A stretch of DNA of 64,000 nucleotides from Trichosphaerium sp. ATCC 40318 (taxonomy: Eukaryota; Protista; Tubulinea). Below, in pieces: positions 1 to 11,072 of this stretch. Both the position numbers and the translations under genes were made by a program. Below the pieces are notes generated by a model. That model was not told where the DNA came from and made no database searches. It saw only the letters and a list, made by a program, of their open reading frames with translations. The first letter of the stretch is position 1. The number at the start of each line of letters is the position of its first letter. The stretch is from assembly GCA_038496445.1 (NCBI GenBank), contig JALMLS010000541.1:200951-264950 (forward strand), written 5' to 3'.

Positions 1-1734
1 CTTAGTCCAGCTCAGAGGTGAACAAAATTACTAAGATATAGACTTACTGTTTATAGCACGCTACTTCCTACGCTAGACAATAGCGTAGGTAATGCAATTG
101 GAGCACGTGATCAAGGGTAAGTAATATTGTAATTTTATAGATCACGTGATAAAGTTAGTTGCAACAGGATTACCCCAAGGTATTATTGGACAGATATGTC
201 AAACCAGTTGGCTTTGTTTAACGACATTGGCAAAGATTTAAAGGTGAAGACATTGGATGATTGGTACACAACGACATCTCGTGAAGTTTGTAGACATGGT
301 GGATCTAATGTATTGGCGTGCGTACAAATAGTTTGAAATGATGAAGTAACTGGTTTACTTTACAGGTGGTATTACAACAAGTCACTCGTTGAGTGCTTAA
401 TGCACGTGTATCCATCTTTCAAATGGATCAAATCTAGATTCAAGTATGAGCAATTGTTACATGTCAAATACGTTCCTCATAGTAGCTAACAGTAATGTAG
501 GGGTATTCCTAGAAATCATTGGTATGTTGTATTGATAAGTTGTTAAAAGTGTTAAGTTGGTTCTTCAAACAGGCGTGACACTGCTCACCAAAAAGAAGTT
601 CTCGATAGCGTGGCTCAGTCTCTGAGTATTAAAGACTTATCTCAATGGCAAAGCATATCATTACGTGATATTAAAGATAACACATGTAAAAGAATCATAA
701 AGTACGACATATTATAAGTATAAGTGACTAACGTTTTCAAAAGGAAATTGTTTGACAGTTCTTTATGGGCATGCTTGTCATTGTTGTATCCTTCCCAAAA
801 GTTCATGCCTTGGCAGTTCGAGTACTACCCTTGTATGTTTATTCAAGCGCTTATGGGATTTAGTGAGAATGGTAGATATAAAATGGGGTATTGGCACAAA
901 CCAGAGCATCAACGATCGTTCCTGTTTGTAATCAAAAAAACATTTAATATTTCTGCTGTTGAAGATTGGTACACAGATACTATGTACCTTTGCTTATATA
1001 TGGTATTTTAGGTATCGTATATCTCATCAGCACATACGTGATATAGGTGGTAGAGGTATTATAGAGCATTGGCCAAACGCATTGTCGTTAATAGACCCAT
1101 TGTACAATTGGGAATGGAGCAGATTCTCCGGGATTGGTACACGATTTAAGCAAAGGTATGTACATTTTGTAAAAAAGATCCCATGTGATTAATCCTGTTA
1201 TAGGTTGTTATTTGAGAAGGTGAACAGTCTCTTTCCAACAAATATAATAGTGGAAGAGCACAAGATTGACTTTAGTGGGTTCAACAAAGAAGGCATTACT
1301 GTAGATATTTATCTTCCTGAACTTAAACTAGCGTTCGAATACCAGGGTATGATAAAAGACCTCAGGTATACTTTTACCTAACCCTTACATGTAAGGTGAA
1401 CAACACTACCGTGATGGAGTGTTTTTTTCTGATCAATACTCAGTTGTCCAAGGTTCTAGAGACTTGAGCAAATTACAACATTGCTCTGATGTTGGTATGG
1501 AGTGCTCAGGTAATAGCTTTTTACTCACTTCTTTTAGGCATTTCGTTAGTTCCAATCCCGTACTGGTGGGATGGTTTAATGCCCTCGCTTGTTGCAACAA
1601 TACAACACTATGCACCAAATATAGGTGAGAGATTGGATGCCATAATTGGTACTGCTTTAATTTCAGAGCCAGCACCTTGTTTTAGAACAAAGTTAATGTT
1701 TCCTCATCACAACAGAAACGTTAATGTTGTATAA
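1..1734 (+). CDS. Multi-exon protein with Trp-rich helical repeats (LDDWY-type) and a C-terminal PD-(D/E)XK / Vsr-like nuclease domain; 5' end uncertain, may lie upstream of the window
   Basis: Spliced translation gives ~3 repeats (LKVKTLDDWY...LMHVYP; LSIKDLSQW...LSLLYP; FNISAVEDWYRI), then VDIYLPELKLAFEYQG|EQHY...RDLSKLQHCSDVG|ISLVPIPYWWD. Stop TAA ends at 1734. Confidence 0.7.
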
Positions 1735-2466
1735 CACTTAAAATATAATTTGTACCATAATTAGTATTGATTACATCATTCACAACTTATTGTGAGAAGA
1801 GTGCTTAGCAGCTTTTGAAGAGCATCGCTATGAGACTGTTTCAAATTTTATTTCTAATATCTAGGAGATTTCGAGAATCTTTGAGGATGGAGACCTTTTT
1901 ACTCACTGTAGAGGTGCATCTGATGTAAGTTATTCTCACGCAGATTTCTGTCTGATCAGCAATCCGACGGTTTTGACAAACCAGCCTGAAAAATGTGGTT
2001 CACAGCATGCACGGTTTTGTCGTAGAAATGATTACGAAGCATTTATATATTACACGCACATGGTTTTTTAAACCATGGAGAAGTCGTTTGACTTCCTCTA
2101 TTCATTACGTTTGTTACCACTAAACGGCATGTCTCCCAATTGAGAAATTGATTTAAAAGAACAATGTAAGTAAATCAAACCCAACAGTTTCTGAACGAGA
2201 GTATCTCAAACGATGGCTAGGTTACAACGTCAGTGTTTGTATTCATAAATGAAGCATTTTCGCAAAACAGGTAACAAAGGTGTGCTAGATCATGCCTTGT
2301 TATGACGTATTTAAAAAATTTGAGGTGTGAGAATGGACAACTTAACAAACGAGCAGGTAGAGGGAAACTATGTGGTGAAATGAAGCAGTGGAATGAGGAT
2401 GGATATGCAAAAAGAAGAAAGAAGACTATACTGTTCAGTTTTACTATTCAAAGATTTACAATAAAG

Positions 2467-2586
2467 ATGAACGTGTTTTAGGTTGATGACTTGAAATGTC
2501 TTGAATGGGAAGAACCAAAGAGCAAGAGAGTCAACTCAAGTAATAGTAAACACAGGAACCGTGGAAAGAAGAAGAGAGGTAATAAA
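2467..2586 (+). pseudogene. Orphan relic of the terminal exon of the HEPN-TPR-SEL1 gene
   Basis: Near-identical to ~8848-8970 (acceptor plus VDDLKCLEWEEPKSKRVNSSNSKHRNRGKKKRG); no upstream exons are present. Confidence 0.85.
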
Positions 2587-2689
2587 CCGTCTGTTGATTG
2601 CAGCAGGTGAGTTTGTTGAAGTTGTAGACATAAACACAAATCAAGTCACTGTGTTGGTCTTAGCAAAGTAGATACTGCTACCATTAAGC

Positions 2690-4039
2690 TTAGTTCCAAC
2701 CATCTTTATTAGACTTTGACCAAGTTACAATTTCATCTTTGAACCCTTCCTTGTATGAAGGATACTTAGGTTCCCACCCTGTTCCCTTTTTAAACCTTGC
2801 ATTTGTGCATTTAGCGCTTGCATTTAAATATTTTACAGCTGCGTCACCTAACACATTATTTAATATCATCACGTGTAAGTCACGTGATATGTACCTATAG
2901 CCAGATTTCCCATCCACTCAGAAAGTGTTGAAGGTGAGGAGGCGCCAAGTTGTTCAGCTAGGATATAAGAGTAAGATATTGGACTGAAAATTTAAAATAA
3001 ATTAGTACCCAAGTAATCAGCCAGTTGACGTTGTGATACAGGTATGTCATCACATACATTAAAAACACTACCTTTATTTGCTTCTACACTCTCTAGAGAC
3101 TTAATGAAAGCGCTTGCAGCGTCATTTGCGTTGATCTATGTTCACTATTGAGAACAACATTGATAAGAAAAAGAAAGGAGTTTCGCACCAATGGAATGTA
3201 AGTGTCACCGTTGCCAACCACACGATAAACGCCCGATTTTATTAGCTTTAACATGGCTTGTGTTTGTGCTGCATCGTGAGAATACACGGAGCCCAATCGC
3301 AAAATCATTGTGTTGATACCTAAAGTTAAATAGTTTTAGACGCGATACTAATTTACCATTTACACACCTTCACCACTGGCTTTCTGTACCATATTTTCCA
3401 TATCGATAGCAGACTCTGTAGGGAACAGTTTAGAGGTAATATTTAGCGAATACAGCCAAACAATCGTACGTAAAAAAGGTAATGGTGGTTGAGCTGGCTG
3501 AACGTCTTCATCTACTATTTGACCATTCTTATGCCCGTAGATAAAGGTAAGGCTTGACTGCAAATAAAAAGCGTTATTTTTCTTTGCTGCTGTCAGCAAT
3601 GCTCTCGTCCCCTCCGTTCGTAGTCTGTAGGCGTTAATACGCAAAAATACGCGTTTTTATTGGTTACCTGTCGTTTTCTGCCCAATCAGCTGCTTTTGAG
3701 TGTACTGCTTGTGGTATCTTTGATGCGAGATGTAGAATAGCGTTTGAACCCTGTGACAGTTTAGTGACGTCTTCTGCGTTAAAAATGTTTCCTCGTCTAC
3801 TCTCAGCGCCTTTGCGAGCGTAAGAAGTCATTAATATACATATAGTCAGAATTAACCTAATTTTTTTAGCGTTCGCTCATCCTTATCGGTTGCTGCTAGG
3901 CCTATTGGCTTCGCTCCTTGTTGTACAAGCTGTTGTACAACCCTCCGTCCTAATACACCAGTTGCACCTGTGGTGTGTAGTTAATACGTTGAATCTCTCA
4001 TTTCACCCCCTAAAACTCACCTGCTACGAACACGCGCAT
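2690..4039 (-). CDS. NAD-dependent epimerase/dehydratase (atypical SDR), multi-exon
   Basis: MRVFVA|GATGVLGRRVVQQL Rossmann motif, AILHLASKIP, LRTEGTRALL, ILRLGSVY, IHADDAAS-like, C-terminal NARFKKGTGWEPKYPSYKEGF. Confidence 0.85.
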
Positions 4040-4486
4040 TTATAAGCAAAATGAAGTCAGTTTGGGTAAAAATAGTTACCCATTCACCGAAAAAATGAAG
4101 TCACTTTACATTTTGTTCTAAATAAACTCACGATAAAAACTACTACCATCTTTGTTTATTTGGTGCTATTTTACCGCCACCCAATACAACAGCCGTTTCA
4201 TTGGGGATGTAAATTGAAGTTGCATGGCATCACTTATACAGCTTCAAAACTATGTATACAGAAATTGAAGGTCAGTGGCTCACATCTAAGGATACCAACA
4301 GGAAGTGTTGGTGGTGATCAGTTGCTCATATTGTATCTGTAATTACTGTTATTTATAACGGAAATACTACCTGCAGTTAGCACCTGAAAGCATCGTGAAG
4401 TATTGCAAGCTTGCCGTATTCATTGAAATATTATGTTGGATTTTATTTGGAACACTTTGCACACTAATGTCAAAGATTTAGTGTTA

Positions 4487-4559
4487 AGCCCACTGCGAGT
4501 TTCGATCTCGCTACCATCTGGTCAAAAGCCAAACGCTCTTCCGATTGAGCTAAGTGGGC
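4487..4559 (-). tRNA. tRNA-Lys(UUU)-like, copy 1, atypical (G37, T-loop ATCGAAA, U73)
   Basis: GCCCACT TA GCTC AATCGGAA GAGC G TTTGG CTTTTGA CCAGA TGGTA GCGAG ATCGAAA CTCGC AGTGGGC T folds into a complete 73-nt cloverleaf with anticodon TTT. Confidence 0.85.
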
Positions 4560-4686
4560 TACGAGTTGGTAAAAGATGTATAAACATTGGTCCAATCTAG
4601 TATTGAACACAAACAATGTTGAGTTTTATTTTAGCACTAGTCAATATTAGTATGCGTATTTGCTTCAACACCCTTCTCACCTACTA

Positions 4687-7600
4687 ATGACGCACAACAT
4701 AAAGGTATTACACCAGTTCCTACAGTTTAAAGATTGTATTTCCTCTGAGAGACTTTGTGTTTAAACCCTTGAATAGAAGTATCATGTGCTTTGTAGCTTA
4801 CCACAGCTTGGCTGTTTAAAACTGAAGGAAATGTTTCTAAAGAGATGGCAGAACTCAACCGGACCATGGAATCCAAATAGCGCTTCGTTACTAGTGTCGA
4901 GTAACCCTGGTTACGTAAAGAAACTCAACAAGACAATGAAGAAACTTCTCAAAGATGGCACGCGATATGTCTTCTTAACGATTATCCTATAACACATACT
5001 GTAGGCAATATTTCAAGTTGGGATATCACTTTGCTTTCGTCTCTTCTTCTTGAGGAAACTTTATGGACGACAACTGATAAATCAGAGCTCTCTCATCTAG
5101 AACCTAGAATACGTGCCGTAAGTATATCTTTCACGTGTTTGCCAACTGACACATTTTTCCTAGTTGCGGGAAGCGAGGAACAGTATATCGCACCTTGGTT
5201 CATCTATTTCTAGCTCCGAGTTAGACAATATCAAAAAGCTATGATTTCTGCGTTGCTCGGATTAGGTGTTGCTCAGTCTGATATTGATAATGTCGATAGA
5301 GGTACATTGTCATTGTCAGAACTTGCATTGTAGTAAACGAGTTTCAAGGCACCCGTGTTGAAGAAGATGATAAAACTGCTGAAGAATTAAAATCCAAAGG
5401 GAACAACGCTTTTAGACAGAATAAGTTCAAAGAAGCGATAGAGTTGTACTCTAAAGCAATACACATTCACTGCACTGATTCTCCAAAACAACTTGGTACA
5501 ATCTATTCAAACAGGTAAGCTCACAAGTAATGTTCGATGTTAAGTATTTGTTCTAAACTTAAACAGGAGTTTGGCGCATCTTAAGCTTGGTGCTAATGAA
5601 GACGCTCTGAGTGATGCTAAAGTCGCTTGCAATCTTAGACCAAGATGGTCTAAAGCTCATGCAAGAAAAGCAGATGCATATTTTGCCCTCAACAAGCACA
5701 GTAAAGCATTAAAAGGTATTATCAAAACCTTTGATATGATGCTTTTCCACTAATCACGTGCTAGTGTACAACTTTGTTTTATTTCTTGGACCTACCACTA
5801 CAATTGAGAACGACGTTAAAAAAAAGATCGAGCTATGTAGATATAAGGAAGGGAAATACTTACGGTGTGATCACTTGGTTAATCATACATTTCAAGAAGA
5901 ATTGAAAAACGTACAACTTCATCTTTTCGTATTAATGAACTTACTGATTAACTTCTAGATACGTGATAATGTAGGGATAGATATTCCTGTTTCTAAACTA
6001 GTTGATATTCTACCAAGTGGAATGTCTCAATACATAAAAGGTTATCTGTACAGGGACGGAGCTGTAAGTAGCGCTTAATAAACTCCTAAAAAAGATTGAT
6101 CTGTATCATAGGAAGGCCGTACACAAAGCTACGAGCGCGCAATTCATGAATGGACAATAGGTGGTCGTTTAGGACACCCTGGATGCTTGTACCAACTCGT
6201 AAATGATACACAATTCTTGACTTCTATGCTCATTTTGCTATTCGTGTAGGCTCTCATGTACAAGGAGGGTATGGGTGTAGAACGCAATTTTAGCCTGTGT
6301 GTTGTATACCTCAAAAAAGGACTTGAAAGTTGTGAAAAAATGAAGGACTCCAATCATGAAAAGAAGCCATTTATCGGTCTTTTATGTCATTCTCTTGCAC
6401 TTTCATATGAGATTGGTATTGGTGTACCAAAAGACTTTGTTCAGGCACTATCGTACTATGAGCGAGCAATAGTAAATGAATTTCCATGTGCGCGTTCAGA
6501 GAAGAAACGTATTTACTTTAGCTAATTATGTTCCAGCTTCTTGTGTTAACTTGGGTTGCGCATACTTGGAAGGCAATGGCGTTTTGGAACCAGACCAAAA
6601 GAAGGCTTTCGATCTTTTCCAAGCAGCAGCATCATATGGTAATAAAGAAAGGAACAATACGGGTTTCTTACTTTTTTCTTGTAGGTGAGGTTATAGGAAT
6701 GTTGAACTTGGCACGCTGTTACCTCCATGGTTCCGGAGTGTCAAAGAATTTTAAGCTTGCAAAGTTGTGGTAATATCCTTCAGATAGATTAAAAAAACTG
6801 GCAAATTTGTATTGACACCATTTGTAGGTATACGCACGCTTCTGATGCTGGTTTTGTTCGTGCTGAGGCCGAAATGGCAATGATTGATTTTGATAAGATG
6901 ATTGCTGCCGAAGAAGAGACTCTTAGAGCGCTATCAGATTTCGAAAAAGATTGCGATGTTGTTCCTGATGACTCAACTGATGCCGAGAGCAGAATAGATG
7001 AAGTAATGAAGAAGATGTTGAAGGAAAAGTTAGGCGAAGATGGAGAGAACATAGCTGACATGTTGAAGAATCTCAGACAAGATTCTAAAACACCTATTAG
7101 CGCTAAAGGCGGATTTGACGCTGGTATAAGCTCTGAGGTACCTATTAACTCATTGGTTCTAACTGACGATATGTTAAGGCTCTGGAACCGTATCTAAAGG
7201 TTTCGCCAGTTGTTCAAAAGTACTACTATGGTCTTAAGTGCAGCGAAGAAGCATTTGCTCTACTATTTTTAGGACATTATCGTGCAGCCATTTCTTGCTA
7301 TGCAGAGAGCCTAAAAGTAGACTCTATATGCTGTCGCATTCCTCACACATTAAAAATTGATCTACAAAACGCTGTTAATACTGAATTGCAAGTATCCAAA
7401 GGGCGCTCCGTTGATGCCTTGATAGTGAAGTACAACTGATTTTTTTTGAAATTTGATTATAGTTGTTTTATTAACTTGACTGTGTTAAGGCTCTATCTGA
7501 CTCAGTTCGAATCAAATTGGGGAAACACGCTAGAATATGCTAGAAAGTGTCATGGTACGTACTATGAGTACATTATACAGTGAGTTAATTGTTTTTAAAG

Positions 7601-8976
7601 AACTTCATCCAACTGAGGAGTATTTTCCTTTTATTATTGGAACTTGCTTCATGTTCCAAAGGAACTACAAACAGGTCATACCATGGGGTAAAAACATGTT
7701 GAAGGTATGATTGCGACTTAATTATTTACTAACACAGGAACTATAGAAGCAACCCAAGAATGCACCGTTGCTTCATTTTGTTGGAAGGTCTATTCTTGAA
7801 ATTCAAATGGCACAGCGTAGCAAAAACATTTATACTTCTTCACATGATCCAAAGCTCATCGAAGCACGTGAGTACTACAAGGAATTTATCAAAACACTTG
7901 AATACCATGCACGTGATCATCCAAAAGGTAAGCATTGCATTGATGTTCATTTTAAACATGGTTGTAGTTTTGTACGACTTGGGTTTTATTGAGATGAGTC
8001 TTGGCAATGAAGATGAGGCTCTTGCTCTATTGAACAAAGCAGAAAGAGTAGAATTAGATTTATTACCATTCTTCCCACGCATGACATACTCAATGAAAAT
8101 TCCACTAAAGCTGCTTCTTCTCGCTAAAAAGAATAACGTACAAGGCTCAAACCATAACACCACAAAACAGAACTCAAGAAAAAAAAAAGAATCACGTGAT
8201 ACACCACAACAATCTACCATCAAAACATTTGCTCCTGTGAAATCCAGTACGCTAGTTTATTCTTTTAATATCAAAATTAATGTTCTTTGGCTAGAATTTC
8301 TCTTGGCAACACTCATTGATCGCTACACAGACCTACAAGAAAGTTCAGCGCGTATGTCTCTACCAGGAAACTATGTTATTAGAAACACAACACAACCAAG
8401 GCTTGCTGTACAATCCGCAATTATACGACAATGTAAACTGCTGACTTTTCTTCAGCCTCTTGCTGAGCCACCAACTAAGGCTACCTGTGAACCGATTTTC
8501 ATCCACGAGATGCTTCCAAACAAGGACAAAATATATGTTGGAAGGTGCGTCAACGTTTCCTGAAAAATTCTGTTTTCGCATTCACCAACACTACACATAG
8601 GGTTATCTACCTTGAATTAATGTTTGCTCCTGTTAAAATGGTAGCAGTATCTACATTCGCCAAAGACCAACACGGTGACTTGATTTGTGTTTATGTCTAC
8701 AACTTCCCAAACTCACCTGCTGCAATCAACAGACGGTTTATTAAAGGTAAACGATTCAAGGTTTATAATCCGTACTACAGAGTTACTGTATCAGGACAGA
8801 CTGGTATAAGGTGAGTCAAGAATACAAAGTATGTGAAAGGAGTCTAACATGAACGTGTTTTTAGGGTTGATGACTTGAGATGTCTTGAATGGGAAGAACC
8901 AAAGAGCAAGAGTGTCAACTCAAGTAATAGTAAACGCCGAAACCGTGGAAAGAAAAAGAGAGGTAAAAAGAGATAG
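4687..8976 (+). CDS. HEPN(DZIP3-like)-TPR-SEL1-TPR-OB-like protein, copy A; 1-nt frameshift at ~5238 (pseudogene, truncated product or sequencing error)
   Basis: WDITLLSSLLL...LREARNSISH (RxxxxH); AEELKSKGNNAFRQNKFKEAIELYSKAI (TPR); YEIGIGVPKDFVQALSYY and NLARCYLHGSGVSKNFKLAKLW (SEL1); C-terminal YNPYYRVTVSGQTGIRVDD. Copy A reads AAAAAGCTATGA where copy B reads AAAAAGGCTATG. Confidence 0.8.
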
Positions 8977-9456
8977 TACCCAACCAAAGTATCGCGATAA
9001 GTAGAATATGAATAAACAGATCTTTCCAAGGCCGGAATTTACTATCTTGAGTGATCTGTAGCTTGCTCACGTCTCTATCGCTATTAAATAGGCCGTATTT
9101 TATTCCTTTTAGTTAGTTCTAGCCAGCACAATTACCACGTTCCATTGATGTAGAGATGTGGCGTACGATTACGTTAGTTGGCAGTGCATGTAGCATAGGT
9201 TTTCAGAACATTCCACTATTCGAGTTGCAAATCTATGTCAAATAACCATCCTACGTGCTGTTTTGCCTTCAAACCAGTAACAAGCCTCCAATTTGAACTC
9301 ATTTAAGCAACTGTCCCTTTTGAAATAGTTTGATACTATATTTTAATCGTGGGCGATAGCCGTATCTTGAAGTATTGCAAGCTTGCCGTATTCATTGAAA
9401 TATGTTGGGATTTTATTTGGAACACTTTGCACACTAACACCAAAGATTTAGTGTTA

Positions 9457-9529
9457 AGCCCACTGCGAGTTTCGATCTCGCTACCATCTGGTCAAAAGCC
9501 AAACGCTCTTCCAATTGAGCTAAGTGGGC
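9457..9529 (-). tRNA. tRNA-Lys(UUU)-like, copy 2 (solo, intact cloverleaf, G37)
   Basis: Identical to 4487-4559 except for one D-loop substitution (AATTGGAA). Confidence 0.85.
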
Positions 9530-9675
9530 TACTTGTTGTCTACAGGGAAACTGTTTCAACCTGGTATTGTATTAACAGCAACATTTTCCTATTTTTTACT
9601 CTAAAAGTGTGGCCATCTATAGAAAGGACTATAAACATTCTGTATTACATAGATGACGCTCTAATTTTTATTGAT

Positions 9676-10440
9676 CTATTGTTTAGAAGTGACTGCATGA
9701 GATGTAGCATACAGTTTTGATACAAGAGAATCTGTAAGTGCGAAAGGATAAAAACAAAAGTCTCTGACAGATCCTTTAAGCCTTCTTTCCGGAGTTGAAC
9801 CATCCTGACCGAACTGCAGCTTGCTTACATCGTCATCGCTATGAAAGCGTCCATATTTTTGTTTTTGTTGATGTGCTCTAGAGTTATCTACTGGCACGGG
9901 ATTACCACGTGTTCCATTGATGTACAGGCTGATATGCTTTCCGGAACATACGCCAACAATGTGCGTCCACTCATTATCGGGTACTTGAGCAGGACCTTTG
10001 GCAACATAGTAAAAGCTTGTGTATTGACTTACATCGAAACGGAGGGTGTTAGGAGTGTCTAATCCTTGGAAACCAAGCTTAAATCCGCTGAAAAGCCTAT
10101 GATGTATGAGCTGATATGCTCGGCATATGATTCCGGCGTAAGGGTGTTGGTTTCCGTTGCGTTTAATGCATATCTCCACTGAAAAGTTGTTTTTGTTGTT
10201 TAGATCCCTTTTCTTCATCCTGAAGGAGTTATCCACAATATGAGGGTAAGGTTCAGTAATTTCGTTGTATGTGTATTTAGCCATGGTATTTCTTCTGTAA
10301 AACAGATCGTCTTGGAGAATAGAGAACCATTGCTTGTTAACTCTTTTTAGTTTGAGTAGTTGAGGCGTTTCAAGCTTTAGGAGAATGATAGCTGATATCT
10401 CAATAGGGAGAGTGGTGATTGGATCTCGTTGTTGTGTCAT
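9676..10440 (-). CDS. Intronless F-box + LamG/concanavalin A-like domain protein, 254 aa
   Basis: TLPIEISAIILLKLETPQLLKLKRVNKQWFSIL (F-box); NEWTHIVGV...ISLYING...LKGSVRDFCFYPFALT (LamG3-like). Confidence 0.85.
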   Translation of the reverse strand: MTQQRDPITTLPIEISAIILLKLETPQLLKLKRVNKQWFSILQDDLFYRRNTMAKYTYNEITEPYPHIVDNSFRMKKRDLNNKNNFSVEICIKRNGNQHPYAGIICRAYQLIHHRLFSGFKLGFQGLDTPNTLRFDVSQYTSFYYVAKGPAQVPDNEWTHIVGVCSGKHISLYINGTRGNPVPVDNSRAHQQKQKYGRFHSDDDVSKLQFGQDGSTPERRLKGSVRDFCFYPFALTDSLVSKLYATSHAVTSKQ

Positions 10441-10872
10441 TTGTATTTTAATTAATTCTGATTGTGCTTAACAGCAGCAAGTGTTCGTTTTTCGGCATTC
10501 TTTCATTGAAACTTGCAAGTGTTGTACATATTTAAAAACGCTGTACTCGTTTTTCTCAGGAGTTGGTTATTGACAGGTATACACGTATATCTTTTTTTAC
10601 TTTTTTCCTCAAAGGAATATATAAATAGATTGTTTCAGTGTAATTCGAGAAAAAAACAATGTCTTGTGTTTTTTGGCGAACAAGACAAAGGCCGTTTGGT
10701 ACTTTACTTCAAACTGCCTTGTTGGTATATGTAGCATTGGGACATGTATATAAAGATTGTTTGCAGCTATTCAGAAGTAGAGTTCAAGCAAGCCATTTTC
10801 TGAAATATTATTAGACATGTGTTGGGCTTTATTTGGAACACTTTGCACGCTAACATCAAAGATTTAGTGTTA

Positions 10873-10945
10873 AGCCCACTGCGAGTTTCGATCTCGCTAC
10901 CATCTGGTCAAAAGCCAAACCCCCTTCCGATTGAGCTAAGTGGGC
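10873..10945 (-). pseudogene. tRNA-Lys(UUU)-like copy 3 with disrupted D-stem
   Basis: Same as copy 1, but the 3' strand of the D-stem changes from GAGC to GGGG, weakening pairing with GCTC. Confidence 0.7.
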
Positions 10946-11072
10946 TGCGAGTTGGTATAAGGTCTAAACATTGTAGATTATGCAGTATTGAAGAAATATT
11001 ATTTCGACATTGTCTTTCTGCAGTAGTCAACAATAGTATGTGCATTTTCTTCAACACTCTTCTCACCTACTA

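Noticed and set aside
4487-4560. Initiator tRNA-Met because of the ATCGAAA T-loop
   Set aside because: The anticodon is TTT, the acceptor stem begins G1-C72, and the three G-C anticodon-stem pairs of initiator tRNA are absent.
9349-9720. ORFs overlapping the tRNA copies (also 10819-11073)
   Set aside because: Antisense read-through of the tRNA repeat with no protein features.
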